In this document: positions 21,117 to 31,513 of the stretch, piece by piece
Numbering within the stretch: the stretch's first letter is position 1
How the letters are laid out: each line of letters starts with the position of its first letter
Assembly: GCA_963719945.1 (NCBI GenBank)
Contig: CAVRDX010000003.1
Coordinates: forward strand, 32,001-96,000
Direction: 5' to 3'
DNA: 64,000 nt
DNA from: an uncultured Thermoplasmata archaeon
GTDB lineage: Archaea > Thermoplasmatota > Thermoplasmata > UBA10834
Notes under the pieces: generated by a model
Told to the model about the DNA's origin: nothing
Databases searched by the model: none
The model's input: the letters and a program-made list of their open reading frames with translations, nothing else
Position numbers and translations under genes: made by a program

Positions 21117-21860
21117 ATGCCAAACGATCCTTACTTGGACGCCAGCGTCGTCTGGCGGATCAAATCCGGAACCCTAGACCTCCACGAGGCAGGGTATCGC
21201 ACGACCAAAGAGACCATCCTATCTTCTGGGCTGGCAATGGATGTCATCGGACTCATCAGTACTGGGAAGGAGGCGGATGTGTATCTTGCTCTGTATCGTG
21301 ACGTTCCGATCGCTGTGAAAGCCTATCGTCTGTACCGTTCTTCGCATCGTGGAGGTCGACCTGTGAAACTGGATTCAACAGGACGCCTAGCAGCCCACGA
21401 ATTCGAGATGACTCGGCAGGCATGGAAAGGCGGGTGCCGCGTCCCCGCAGTCGCCAGGAGGGTGGAGAACCTGTTCTCGATGAGGTATCTCGGGGACGAG
21501 AACGGCCCCGCGCCTAGACTACACGACACCGAACCGGATGATCCAGAAGCGTTCCTTGAGGAGGTGCTGCGCGGAGTCGAGGCCCTTGCGGGAGCGGGTG
21601 TTGTGCATGCTGATCTGAGTGATTACAACATACTGGTCTACAAGGGACAACCATGGTTCATCGATTTCTCGGAGGCGATTCGAGTCGATCGAACCGGCTC
21701 AGTGCCATGGATGCGACTAGAGGCGGCAAGAGTGGCATTGGATCGAGGCATGGGTGCGTTGCGCGTCTACTTCGGCAAGTTCGGAGTCGAAGTCGAGTCT
21801 GAACCTTTTATATCTCGCGTGCTGAAATCATTGGACCGATTCGGTGTCCTTGATGATTGA
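21117..21860 (+). CDS. RIO1-family atypical Ser/Thr kinase
   Basis: STGKEADVY, AVKAY, VHADLSDYNIL, IDFSEA. Confidence 0.9.
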   Translation: MPNDPYLDASVVWRIKSGTLDLHEAGYRTTKETILSSGLAMDVIGLISTGKEADVYLALYRDVPIAVKAYRLYRSSHRGGRPVKLDSTGRLAAHEFEMTRQAWKGGCRVPAVARRVENLFSMRYLGDENGPAPRLHDTEPDDPEAFLEEVLRGVEALAGAGVVHADLSDYNILVYKGQPWFIDFSEAIRVDRTGSVPWMRLEAARVALDRGMGALRVYFGKFGVEVESEPFISRVLKSLDRFGVLDD

Positions 21861-21919
21861 CCTCTGAACGTGATACATGAGGTCATGCTGCGTTCAGCTG
21901 GCTTCATTAAATATGATTC

Positions 21920-22420
21920 TCAACGAAGAGTTCGGTCGAATTCATTCACGGCAATGGTTCTGCAGATTTCATCTTCTGCGAACCGTACATGCTCCTCGCG
22001 ATGAGACGCCACGCCTCCCTTGACCAAGTATGGCTGGAGGTCATGATCCATCGCTCCGAAGTATGTTGCCAGTATGCAGCCGCTTGCGCTCAATCCTTCG
22101 ATGATAACCGTATCGCAACCTTCTCTCTTCAGTATGGAAGCCAATTCGGTCTTACCGAACGAGTTGGGGTAGGGTTTCGTGACTTTGATGTCAGACTCCT
22201 CAATCTTGACGGTATGGTGGACTTCGAAAGGCTTCGTCCCGGGCAACGATCCATACTCCTTTTCTTCGTGGTAGACTACTATGATCGGGAGCCTGTTGCG
22301 TCTGAACCATCCAATCGCTTCATTGATAACATCGATGCGCTTCTCGATCGATTTCTTCAAATCTTCGTTTTCGTCCAACCAGGCGTTTTGGATATCTACG
22401 ACGATGAGTGCTGGTTTCAT
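21920..22420 (-). CDS. Isochorismatase-family cysteine hydrolase
   Basis: ALIVVDIQN, K.YPNSF..T.L, catalytic Cys in SGCILAT. Confidence 0.9.
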   Translation of the reverse strand: MKPALIVVDIQNAWLDENEDLKKSIEKRIDVINEAIGWFRRNRLPIIVVYHEEKEYGSLPGTKPFEVHHTVKIEESDIKVTKPYPNSFGKTELASILKREGCDTVIIEGLSASGCILATYFGAMDHDLQPYLVKGGVASHREEHVRFAEDEICRTIAVNEFDRTLR

Positions 22421-22506
22421 GTCCTATTCCATCAGCCTTATGCACTCAGTATTATTACATCTTTCAGTGGAGCAAACAGAAATCCGATTGTCAAAGATGG
22501 ATCAAG

Positions 22507-22578
22507 TGGACCGGGCGAGATTTGAACTCGCGACCTCTCGCATGCCAAGCGAGCGATCTTCCGCTGATCTACCGGCCC
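22507..22578 (-). tRNA. tRNA-Ala(GGC)
   Basis: Minus strand GGGCCGGTAGATCAGCGGAAGATCGCTCGCTTGGCATGCGAGAGGTCGCGAGTTCAAATCTCGCCCGGTCCA; cloverleaf, G3:U70, anticodon GGC. Confidence 0.95.
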
Positions 22579-22636
22579 ATTTGAGTGGCGATGTATATGG
22601 TAGGTGTAGTTAAATGTTGCCGAGAGCCACATCGGA

Positions 22637-24058
22637 TTAGGCGAAAGAATCCAGCTTCCTCTGGTACCTGACCTTCTCTCCCGGAACCGGGATGGGATAC
22701 TCCTCTGTGAGGCACCCGAGGCACAGGTCATTCGCATTGTGTCCTATGGCCTCTACTAGTCCTTCGACGGATAAGTATCCGAGGCTATCTGCCGTCAACA
22801 TCTTGCCTATTTCTTCTACTGTACGTCCCGTGGCCGCGAACTGGTCCCTGGCCTTCATATCGATGCCGAAATAACACGGAGCGATGATCGGCGGAGACCC
22901 TACCCTCACATGGACTTCCTTCGCACCTGCATTCCTTACGAGTTGTACTATCTTTCTCATAGTCGTGCCCCTGACTATGGAATCGTCAACCAACACCACT
23001 CGCTTGTCCTTGAGGACACTCTTTATGGGGTTCAGTTTGAGCATGACGCCAGTCGTTCGTTCAGCCTGATCCGGCATGATGAATGTGCGCTCAACATACC
23101 TATTCTTCATCAGTCCTTCCGAATACCTCATGCCGGAAGCTTCGGCATAGCCCATTGCATGCGACCTTCCCGAGTCCGGGATCGGGACCACTACATCGGC
23201 TTCCACTGGCTGTTCCTTCGCCAGCTGCTCCCCTATCCTGCGCCTGGCCTCATACACGAGCGTTCCATCCATGAAGGAATCCGCCCGGGCGATGTATACC
23301 CACTCGAACATACAATGGGCCTGTCCTTTGGACAACCCTGTCTTAATGGATTTTATCTCGCCTGGCAGCAGTTCGACGATCTCTCCTGGCTCAACGTCCC
23401 TTATCAGCTCTCCTCCAAGGGTATCGAACACCACGCTCTCAGAGGCCGCTGCATAACCAGTCTTCGTCCTGCCGACGCAAAGCGGTCGTATGCCATACGG
23501 GTCCCGCACTGCGAATACACGGTTATCGATCATTATTGCCAGGGAATATGCTCCTTGTATGGTCGACATCAGATTCCTTATCGATTTGATCGGGTCGCCA
23601 GTGTTCGCTATGTCGTTGGCGAGCAGTCTGATGACGATCTCTGAATCCGAAGATGTGATGAACGCCCATCCTTTCTTCTTGAGGTCGTTCATGATCTTGT
23701 CCGCGTTTACTATCTCACCGTTGTGTGCAAGTGCGATATCGCCATAGTTGGTTGAGACTACTATCGGCTGGGCATTCTCGATCGTGGACGAACCTACCGT
23801 CGAATACCTGACATGTCCGATGCCGAGGTCCCCTTTCAGGTTCTGGATGTCATCAGCCTTCAACGCCTGATGTGCCAGACCCATTCCCTTGATCGATTTG
23901 ATGCCGTTGTTGTAGACGGATATGCCCGCGGACTCCTGACCCCTGTGCTGGATTATTCTGAGAGCATAGAAAATATCAATTGAAACACTGGAAACCGACG
24001 CTATAGCGAAAACACCGCACTCCTCACGCGGGTGGTAATCGGGCTCCGTTAACCTCAA
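22637..24058 (-). CDS. purF: Amidophosphoribosyltransferase
   Basis: EECGVF propeptide/Cys1, QHRGQESAG, GHVRYST, HNG, VDDSIVRGTT, Fe-S cysteines. Confidence 0.96.
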   Translation of the reverse strand: MRLTEPDYHPREECGVFAIASVSSVSIDIFYALRIIQHRGQESAGISVYNNGIKSIKGMGLAHQALKADDIQNLKGDLGIGHVRYSTVGSSTIENAQPIVVSTNYGDIALAHNGEIVNADKIMNDLKKKGWAFITSSDSEIVIRLLANDIANTGDPIKSIRNLMSTIQGAYSLAIMIDNRVFAVRDPYGIRPLCVGRTKTGYAAASESVVFDTLGGELIRDVEPGEIVELLPGEIKSIKTGLSKGQAHCMFEWVYIARADSFMDGTLVYEARRRIGEQLAKEQPVEADVVVPIPDSGRSHAMGYAEASGMRYSEGLMKNRYVERTFIMPDQAERTTGVMLKLNPIKSVLKDKRVVLVDDSIVRGTTMRKIVQLVRNAGAKEVHVRVGSPPIIAPCYFGIDMKARDQFAATGRTVEEIGKMLTADSLGYLSVEGLVEAIGHNANDLCLGCLTEEYPIPVPGEKVRYQRKLDSFA

Positions 24059-24088
24059 CCCCCCAAATCATAGGAATGAGTTTGTCCT

Positions 24089-24256
24089 TCAATGCTGCTT
24101 GGCCCAGTTGTAATGCCTTATCTTTGCCGAAGCTCCGAAGCCACAGGACGCACAGGTCTTGTGCCTGACATGGTACGCTCTTCTTCCGCACCTTCTGCAT
24201 ACTATGTGCGTCTTCTTTGAGCTTCTCTTACCCATCGACGGAGTACCCTTTGTCAT
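24089..24256 (-). CDS. rpl37e: 50S ribosomal protein L37e (55 aa; not in ORF track)
   Basis: Manual translation [55 protein letters not shown]; follows the Sm gene as in many archaea. Confidence 0.95.
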   Translation of the reverse strand: MTKGTPSMGKRSSKKTHIVCRRCGRRAYHVRHKTCASCGFGASAKIRHYNWAKQH

Positions 24257-24267
24257 CTGATCCTACC

Positions 24268-24483
24268 TCATGGGGATATGTAAATCACATTATCGCCGCG
24301 GACGATAATCGAGTCGACCTTGCGGGTGACCTGACTTTCACGGATTTCCTCTGCGTTCTTCAGCACCAGGTTCATGTGAGGATCGTATCCGTCGAGGATA
24401 CCGCGGTATCCCCTCTTCCCCTTCAGCTCTACGATAACCTGCTGATTAATCGCCTTGTTCAGAACCGCCAGGGGTTTCATCAA
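24268..24483 (-). CDS. Sm-like archaeal protein (SmAP1/Lsm)
   Basis: Sm1 ([16 protein letters not shown]) and Sm2 (IIVRGDNV) motifs; synteny with rpl37e. Confidence 0.95.
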   Translation of the reverse strand: MMKPLAVLNKAINQQVIVELKGKRGYRGILDGYDPHMNLVLKNAEEIRESQVTRKVDSIIVRGDNVIYISP

Positions 24484-24571
24484 ATTAAATCACCTGAATC
24501 CCGATAATCTGGTGCCGTACTTAAAGCTTTCCGAGCTGCTAACACGGCAATCCAAGACTCCTGGCACCCCT

Positions 24572-27500
24572 TCAAATCGTTTTGGGCCGCCTCTTCGGAG
24601 GACCTGCCGGACGACGTTTGGCTTGCATGCTCCTACGGTCTTCTTCAGCCTTCCTCTGCTTCATGACCGCTTTGCGTCTGATCAGAAGGAAGATGACGAT
24701 TCCAACCGCTGCCGCAGCTCCTGCGATTGCTATTATGACATATATGTTGAGCCAGGATGGGGCCTTCTCAACGATTATGATGATGTTCTCGCTGACCATC
24801 ACGGTAGGGTCGATCAGGGACCCGATATCGATATAGAGTTCATACGCTCCGAGCGGAGCGTCGCTCTCGATTGGGATCATGAGCATGACCGTGATCGAAT
24901 CTCGTGGGCTCAAGGAGACCTGCGGGAGCTGATCGGATTCGAGATCGTACTCTCGCTCGTCAATCACAGCCACCGAAGTGTTGAATATGTCCAGGTAGAC
25001 ATAGAGGTCGACAACATCCACTATGTTGCCCATGTTCTCTATCGTAAGGTTGACGAATATCGTGTTTCCCTTTCGCGCGTGTATCTCTGCAAAGTCGACG
25101 CTGGCGTACAAGTCATAAAATGGCAGCACATTGACACCCATTTCCTGAATGTCATATGCCTGGGAGTTGGCTTCCGAGACTGCACTGACATTGAATTCAT
25201 AGAACCCCGAAAGTATGTCCGTGCCGGGAATCATGGTCAATCTGAGGCTGCCGTTCTCTCCCGGTCCCAAGAACAGGTACGAAGTGTTCAGGTACATCCA
25301 GAACGAGGATGTCCCTGAGAGATCGACGCTGAATGTATCATTCGAGTTTCCAAGATTCTGCACCTGGAGCACATATACAATCTCCCTGCTCGATGGCACG
25401 GATAGGTTCGTGTATGCCTGCTGAGTCACTCGCAGGTCGACCTCCCTATGATGCCCTTGAAGGCACAAGAGGTTCGCTTCAGCCGTGTTCTCCGATAGAT
25501 TGGTTGATTCGACACTGAATGTGATCATATTGGATGTTCCTGGCGGATCGTATCTCGCAGGGATGACTGTTAGGGATATCTCCGCTCTCTCCTCTGGCAT
25601 AAGCTCCACTGATTCATGGGAGAGTTCGAGGGACCATCCTCTCTCGTCCATAGCTGATATCTCAAAACTGTCGTTCGAGTTCGCGGTATTCCACACCGTG
25701 AACGTGTATGTGACCGGGATTGTAGGCTCCACATTCCCTCCTGTGGGGGATATGATGGACAGAGCCCCGGTCTTGACCACGTCTATCATGAGTGTCAGGT
25801 TTGCATTTACGGAACCCCTCTCAGTGCAGTTGGTTTCTATGTAGAATCGCCTCGGGCCTGGCAGCGTATCCTGCGGGACTGAAACGATTACATGTGCGAT
25901 TGTGCTGGTTGCAGCAGGAATGGTGTACTGGTCTGCAGGACTGCCGCCGAGATTGATTTCCCAACCTTCTTCGAGAGTCGAATTCGATAGAGCGAATGTG
26001 AATGTCGAGGACCCCTCGTTCATGATCGTCAGGTTGAATTCGACATCCTCTCCCGGATTCGCTTGTCTGCTGGTCGCATCCGAAATCACGCTGACCCCAA
26101 GCATCCTGACTGCGATGGAGACTGTCTGGTCGTTATTATCGTCGTCTATCTCCCTGACCTGCTGATACGGATCGACGGCGATCCCGATGCTCGTATCGCC
26201 TTCTTGTGCCACATAGCTGAATGAGACTGTGATCGCAGACCCACTTGACAGCGACGTTATATTCGTTTCCTGTACGATGACCGAATCGACCTTCAGTGCC
26301 ACGACAAGATGTGGGATAGTGTCTCCTTCGAGATTCCTGACGGTCGCATTGAGCCAAATGGTCGAATCGACCAGCGGCTGGGTGGTGGAGACCCGCAGAT
26401 CCGGAGCAAGGATGCATGGGTCTGGCCGGTGAGTCCTCTGGAAGAAGAGTTCCTGATTCGGAGAATCGCCTATGAACAACACGAATGTGTTGTTGTCCCT
26501 CGCACACATGACGACTGGTCTGGTTGCATTGCCGACCAGATCCGCCGTTAGTGACTGGTCATAAACCTCGATGGTCCCTATGTATGACATCGCCGAGTAA
26601 TGAACGGTCCACGATTCTGTCGCGTTGTCCTGCCACACGACATCGACCGCATCAGAATCGCTCAGCGATATCCTCGGGTATCTCGATTGATAGTCATCCT
26701 TTGGGGAGATGTTCCTGTCATCGACCAATGTGTTTCCATCCTGGTCCAACAATGTGTAGAATATGTCGAAACTGGCATATCTGTCATCGTCGAACACAAC
26801 ATGGACATTTCCATCAGTATCGACTGCTATGTCCGGCCTTGATATTGGCGATGCGAAGGTGATTCTTGTTTCGTTCGTGACGGGGGTCCCGTCTTGGAGA
26901 ACCTTCCGATAGAAGACGCCATGGTTGATTACGAGTCCACTGCTCGAATCTCTGAAATCATACCAGACGATGTGGATCATATCATCAGGGCCAATGTCCA
27001 GCTTCGGATGTTCCGACATGCCAACGTCGCCGGTTATCCTCGTATCCGTGGTGAGGGATACGCCTGTTGCTCTCAACCTCTTGTAGTAGATCTCGAGGTT
27101 GCCATCACCGATGTCGTTTCTCGCGTCCGTCCATACCATGGCCACATTTCCGTCTGGGCATACGATTATGTCAGGTTCGGTCGAATTCGCCGGGTTCGAG
27201 TCAGAGACCCTCAACCCATTCTCGAGGAACGTGATATTGCCTGCGTAATACCATAGCTTCGCGAAATACAGTTCAGAAGTGCCGTTGGTCACGCTCTCCC
27301 AGACGATATAGACATGTCCGTCAGCGTCGACCGCGATGACCGGGTGTATTGATCGAGCCGAATCATTGGATATCTTGGCATCATTGGTCAGTTTGTTTCC
27401 TTCAGCATCTAACTTGACATAGTATATGTCCCCGTTGCCCGATCGATAGTCCTCCCATACGACATGGATATCTCCGTCGATATCCACGGCGGATGAGATA

Positions 27501-27673
27501 TTCGTCGTCACGTCCGGATTGAATGTGAGTCTGATGCTATCTCCAAAATCATCTATGGGAAATGCGTGAGCGGACGGCGCGGACGGTCCTTGGAGCAGGA
27601 CCATTAGCGTCATCGGAAGGAGCAGGACGCAGAGCAAACAGCTCGCGAGCGTCGTCCGACTCACGGTGGCCAT
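24572..27673 (-). CDS. Large cell-surface protein: beta-propeller-like repeats, CARDB/Ig-like repeats, C-terminal TM anchor
   Basis: Signal peptide; about 6 repeats of P.IAVD.DG.VH(IV)W.D.R.G..EIYY..L; CARDB-like VDP...V.E.D..NN; repeated N.G(N)..D.F Ig modules; TM plus basic tail. Confidence 0.8.
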   Translation of the reverse strand: MATVSRTTLASCLLCVLLLPMTLMVLLQGPSAPSAHAFPIDDFGDSIRLTFNPDVTTNISSAVDIDGDIHVVWEDYRSGNGDIYYVKLDAEGNKLTNDAKISNDSARSIHPVIAVDADGHVYIVWESVTNGTSELYFAKLWYYAGNITFLENGLRVSDSNPANSTEPDIIVCPDGNVAMVWTDARNDIGDGNLEIYYKRLRATGVSLTTDTRITGDVGMSEHPKLDIGPDDMIHIVWYDFRDSSSGLVINHGVFYRKVLQDGTPVTNETRITFASPISRPDIAVDTDGNVHVVFDDDRYASFDIFYTLLDQDGNTLVDDRNISPKDDYQSRYPRISLSDSDAVDVVWQDNATESWTVHYSAMSYIGTIEVYDQSLTADLVGNATRPVVMCARDNNTFVLFIGDSPNQELFFQRTHRPDPCILAPDLRVSTTQPLVDSTIWLNATVRNLEGDTIPHLVVALKVDSVIVQETNITSLSSGSAITVSFSYVAQEGDTSIGIAVDPYQQVREIDDDNNDQTVSIAVRMLGVSVISDATSRQANPGEDVEFNLTIMNEGSSTFTFALSNSTLEEGWEINLGGSPADQYTIPAATSTIAHVIVSVPQDTLPGPRRFYIETNCTERGSVNANLTLMIDVVKTGALSIISPTGGNVEPTIPVTYTFTVWNTANSNDSFEISAMDERGWSLELSHESVELMPEERAEISLTVIPARYDPPGTSNMITFSVESTNLSENTAEANLLCLQGHHREVDLRVTQQAYTNLSVPSSREIVYVLQVQNLGNSNDTFSVDLSGTSSFWMYLNTSYLFLGPGENGSLRLTMIPGTDILSGFYEFNVSAVSEANSQAYDIQEMGVNVLPFYDLYASVDFAEIHARKGNTIFVNLTIENMGNIVDVVDLYVYLDIFNTSVAVIDEREYDLESDQLPQVSLSPRDSITVMLMIPIESDAPLGAYELYIDIGSLIDPTVMVSENIIIIVEKAPSWLNIYVIIAIAGAAAAVGIVIFLLIRRKAVMKQRKAEEDRRSMQAKRRPAGPPKRRPKTI

Positions 27674-27698
27674 ATGGAAAAATCACGCTCCTATACTC

Positions 27699-27741
27699 AT
27701 AAGCGTTAGGGCTCAATTCTCGCTCCTGACTATCACCAGGG
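27699..27741 (-). promoter_or_regulatory. Promoter with TGA-N3-TCA box, near-duplicate of 31451-31493
   Basis: ATAAGCGTTAGGGCTCAATTCTCGCTCCTGACTATCACCAGGG; 36/43 identical to the arlI/arlJ promoter region. Confidence 0.7.
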
Positions 27742-27997
27742 TCAAACGGCGCGAAATATGGCCAGACATGCGTCATTAACATCGATGAAAGAATCTCGAG
27801 AGATTTTCATCGAGGATATTTCTGAACAAACGCTTATCTCACGATTTCAGGATTGTGCATCTAAGCGCCTGTCGTAAACCGGCGATGGCTCAAAGATTCA
27901 CGTTCTCTGTCCCGAGAACGATGTGGAAAGGCAAATTCGGTGGCCAAATTCTTTATCTGGGCCGCGACCGGGATACGCAGGCGCTTTCAACCATTCT

Positions 27998-29659
27998 TCA
28001 TGCTAGATTGAGGACCTTGTCCAGCATCAATTGGGTGACGATCGCGGTCACAGTGCATATCCATGTGAGTATCGCGAAATTGATGTAGAAACTGTGTTTG
28101 TGGCTGCCACTTGCGAATGATATCAGGTTCGCTGAGATGAGTGCATGCGCGAGCATGATGAGCAGGAATATCGTCTCTGCGAGGTCCAGATTGAACCCTT
28201 TCAGCGCAATGGGCATGGCGATGCTCGTCTCCGAGAGAGCGAACTGGTCGTTCATCTGATTAAGGAGTTGCATAAGGGATAGCGCCGAGAAAAGAGTGAA
28301 CGTTATGCCAACGGACATGCCGTACAGAGTCCCAAGCATGTTATCTGCTGACTGGTATCTCTTCCTTCGAACTCCCATCAACTTGACAAAATTGTCGCTG
28401 ATTATCTCTATGACCTCGTCTACCTTCCCACCGACCGACAGTCCGACTACGTACATCTCAGTGAACTTCGAGATTAGGTTGCTTCCGCTCTCAGCCGCGA
28501 AAGAGTTCCACGCACGTATCTGGTCGATTCTAGTCAGGAGTCTCTTGAACAATGTCACTACCGCGTCGGTCAGTTCCCCGAAATCATGCTTGCTCAGCCG
28601 CCCAACACCTTCCGTCACTGCGGATCCTGATGTCGATGCATAGCTTCCCACAGCTCGCATGAACGAATCATAATTCTCATCTCTGGCCCTTACTCTGCCC
28701 TCTTCCTTCCGGATGAGATATCCTGGATAGAGTAGCGGCGTGACCACCAATGCCACTATGGCCGTGAGCGGTACATTCACCATTATTCCAAACACAGCGA
28801 GTGATATGCAGGCGGCGTAAGTTGCGGGAAGGACCGTCTTCAGAGTCCTATCCACACCAGTTTTTTCTTCCATATTATGCCATATTGGGTCCGATGGTAA
28901 CAGCGATTTTACCATGTACAGCACCATCGACTCTATGACGACGAACAGGAGGGCTACTCCTGGCAGGATCAGCTCGATTGAAATGTCTATGAACACAGGC
29001 AGTAGTGATACGAAGACAAGCATGAACATCAATGAGATCAGGACTGCGACGAATATCTCGTTGAGGAGATCGAGGTCCTTCAAAGCCGTCTCATACTTGT
29101 TGATGTAGACGCTCATGGCGACATCCCTCTCCTTGTTGAGAAACTCCTCGAGATCCTCACCAGCGTCAGATGAGTGTGCAAGCCTGTCCAGGAAATCTGC
29201 CAGCATAGGCGACGGCGTCTTCCTGGCGACTGTTCTGGCGGCATCTGACAGGCCCATGTTCCAGTATTCCATTAGTTTGTAGATCTTCTCGACCTCAATG
29301 CTGAGCGCCTCGTACTCCTTCACTTTAGAGAGGATCTCCAGCATCTTCTTCCTCGGGAGCTTGGAGCTCGCAAGCACGCTCATTCTGATTATGAATAGGT
29401 GCATATTCCTCTCTATCTGCATCTTCCGCCTTTCTCCCTGGAGTGCCGGGAATATGACTGCGATTATCGAGAAGAGGATGGGAATGGCTATGATCACGTA
29501 TCTGAAAGTGGGATCGGTTGCCAAGCCTGGGAATATGATGACCACGGCAGCAGTGATCCCAATCCCAAGGATCATCATCGGGAGTGCGTACCTCGTGAAG
29601 TACTTCTCGATAGGCATGTCGAGGGACTGATAAAGCCGTTTGAAATTGCTGCCTTGCAT
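27998..29659 (-). CDS. arlJ: Archaellum membrane platform protein ArlJ (FlaJ)
   Basis: 553-aa polytopic membrane protein with two T2SSF-like cytoplasmic domains (DFLDRLA, PSDPIW), downstream of arlI. Confidence 0.9.
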   Translation of the reverse strand: MQGSNFKRLYQSLDMPIEKYFTRYALPMMILGIGITAAVVIIFPGLATDPTFRYVIIAIPILFSIIAVIFPALQGERRKMQIERNMHLFIIRMSVLASSKLPRKKMLEILSKVKEYEALSIEVEKIYKLMEYWNMGLSDAARTVARKTPSPMLADFLDRLAHSSDAGEDLEEFLNKERDVAMSVYINKYETALKDLDLLNEIFVAVLISLMFMLVFVSLLPVFIDISIELILPGVALLFVVIESMVLYMVKSLLPSDPIWHNMEEKTGVDRTLKTVLPATYAACISLAVFGIMVNVPLTAIVALVVTPLLYPGYLIRKEEGRVRARDENYDSFMRAVGSYASTSGSAVTEGVGRLSKHDFGELTDAVVTLFKRLLTRIDQIRAWNSFAAESGSNLISKFTEMYVVGLSVGGKVDEVIEIISDNFVKLMGVRRKRYQSADNMLGTLYGMSVGITFTLFSALSLMQLLNQMNDQFALSETSIAMPIALKGFNLDLAETIFLLIMLAHALISANLISFASGSHKHSFYINFAILTWICTVTAIVTQLMLDKVLNLA

Positions 29660-29668
29660 GGAGCTGGC

Positions 29669-31321
29669 CTATACTGGGAACGGCAGGCCACTCACCCCCT
29701 TCTTCTGGAATTCAGCAAACAGCTTGGCAACCTCGCTATATTTGAAAATCTTCCTCGCGACCATCTCTTCCAATATCTTCGTTCTCAATGCCAGATCGGA
29801 ATAGATTCTGCGCTTGTCACTATATCCTCTCTTGATCGCGATCTTCTCTTCCAGAATATACGAATTGTTCATTCCCTTGAAGACATGGCTATCGTCGGCG
29901 GCGTTCCAGAGGAAGATTGTTCTCGTCATTATCCCACCGAGCGCCTCGTTATACCCAACGATCTCATCTATGAACTGGGTCCTTCTGAGGAACTTGCCTT
30001 CACGATATATGCCCGCCTGGAAGAAAGCGACATTGAGGTTATCGATGAATGTAATCGGGACATTGATTGGGTCGCTCGTGAACCTCTGGATTAGCTTCCT
30101 GGTGGACGCTGCGTGGAAGGTGGAGAGGACAGGATGCCCTGTCTGCATTGCCTGGAATGCGACGCTTCCTTCTTTCCCTCTGATCTCACCCACTATTATG
30201 TAGTTCGGCCTGGATCTCAGCGCCGCCTTCAGAAGAGAGAATGTGTCGACCCTGCTCTCCTCTGGGCCGAAATCTCTTGTAGCAAGACGCTGCCAGACCT
30301 TGTGTGGTACTTGCATCTCGATGGTGTCTTCGGCCGTGTAGACTTTGCTGTCATATTTGATGAATGGCAGAGCAGCGCTCATCGTCGAAGTCTTTCCAGA
30401 TGCAGTTTCTCCGCAGAAGAATATACTCATTCCTTCTTCCAGACAAATCCAAAGGTATGCCGCTTCTTGAGCGCTGATGGTATTCCACATTATGAGTTGA
30501 GTGATGCTTATGGGGTCCTCTGCGAACTTTCTGATGGAAAAGCTGGGTCCCTTGACGCTGACATCGTCAGCGTAGATCAGGTTGATTCTAGACCCATCCT
30601 CAAGAGTGCCGTCGATGATCGGTCGTGCCATCGACGCGGGCCTCCCGATCCTCTCGCTCAACGCCCTCACGTAATTGTCAAGCTCTTCCATCGATTCGAA
30701 TTTGACATTGGTTGGCATAGCCTGGAAGATCTTGTGAACGAGGGATACATTCTCGTGACCTATGCAATGGATATCCTCGATGTACGGGTCGCGTAGGAGC
30801 GGTTCCAGAGGTCCTGCTAAGATTATACTCTGTTTCGCATGATATCTTATGAGCTCCCATTCTCTCTTGGTGACGTACACCTTTGGCTCGGTGAAGAGGT
30901 CTCCGAATAGTCTCTTCTTCGGATTGGCGTCCCCTGCATCCTCTGTCACCTCGGTCGATTCGTCTATCAGTTTCATCAGATTCGATTCGAACTGCTGGGT
31001 CGATTCATGGGGGTCCATGTATACTGCCTTGTTGTAGACCTGCTGGATAATCGCCCTGAACCTCTTTTGCAGATCTTGATTGAGCTGGGGTTGCACCGAG
31101 GTGTAACTGAGGGGGATACTCTTGGTGGAGAATATGTGTACGAACAATGGGTCTCCGATGGGGTGGATGACATTGATGTCCTGTTCGTCTCCCATCTCTC
31201 TGGTCAGTGCGACGTGGAATTCTGGAGGAGACCTATGTTTCCTTACGAATTCTTGAACATAGGTCATCAGGTGCGGGTTCTTCCTCATGGCCCTCTTGAG
31301 GCCCGCATCTTCTGCTGGCAT
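29669..31321 (-). CDS. arlI: Archaellum motor ATPase ArlI (copy 1)
   Basis: NPHL..Y, DPYIEDIHC, Walker A GETASGKT, ALRSRPNYIIVGEIRG, QAMQTGH..TFHA. Confidence 0.92.
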   Translation of the reverse strand: MPAEDAGLKRAMRKNPHLMTYVQEFVRKHRSPPEFHVALTREMGDEQDINVIHPIGDPLFVHIFSTKSIPLSYTSVQPQLNQDLQKRFRAIIQQVYNKAVYMDPHESTQQFESNLMKLIDESTEVTEDAGDANPKKRLFGDLFTEPKVYVTKREWELIRYHAKQSIILAGPLEPLLRDPYIEDIHCIGHENVSLVHKIFQAMPTNVKFESMEELDNYVRALSERIGRPASMARPIIDGTLEDGSRINLIYADDVSVKGPSFSIRKFAEDPISITQLIMWNTISAQEAAYLWICLEEGMSIFFCGETASGKTSTMSAALPFIKYDSKVYTAEDTIEMQVPHKVWQRLATRDFGPEESRVDTFSLLKAALRSRPNYIIVGEIRGKEGSVAFQAMQTGHPVLSTFHAASTRKLIQRFTSDPINVPITFIDNLNVAFFQAGIYREGKFLRRTQFIDEIVGYNEALGGIMTRTIFLWNAADDSHVFKGMNNSYILEEKIAIKRGYSDKRRIYSDLALRTKILEEMVARKIFKYSEVAKLFAEFQKKGVSGLPFPV

Positions 31322-31450
31322 CCTCTCCCATCCATTGAGGCATGATCGTGTCGCGCCCACTGGTGCCCTTTCCGGTGCATGACATGATTAGAGGTGAACC
31401 TGTGGAGCGTATGCTCGGTGGCCTCGGATACTCATCCCTGGCCAGCCGTT

Positions 31451-31493
31451 ATAAGTATTAGTGCCCAATTCTCACGCCTGACTATCACTAGGG
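31451..31493 (-). promoter_or_regulatory. Internal promoter for arlI(1)-arlJ with TGA-N3-TCA box
   Basis: TATA-like CTTATAA on minus strand; ATAAGTATTAGTGCCCAATTCTCACGCCTGACTATCACTAGGG matches 27699-27741. Confidence 0.7.
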
Positions 31494-31513
31494 GGAAATA
31501 AGGTCGTCCCTCT

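Noticed and set aside
21860-22578. tRNA-Ala as integration site of a genomic island
   Set aside because: Genes to its 3' side look accessory, but no integrase and no duplicated tRNA 3' end were found in the window.
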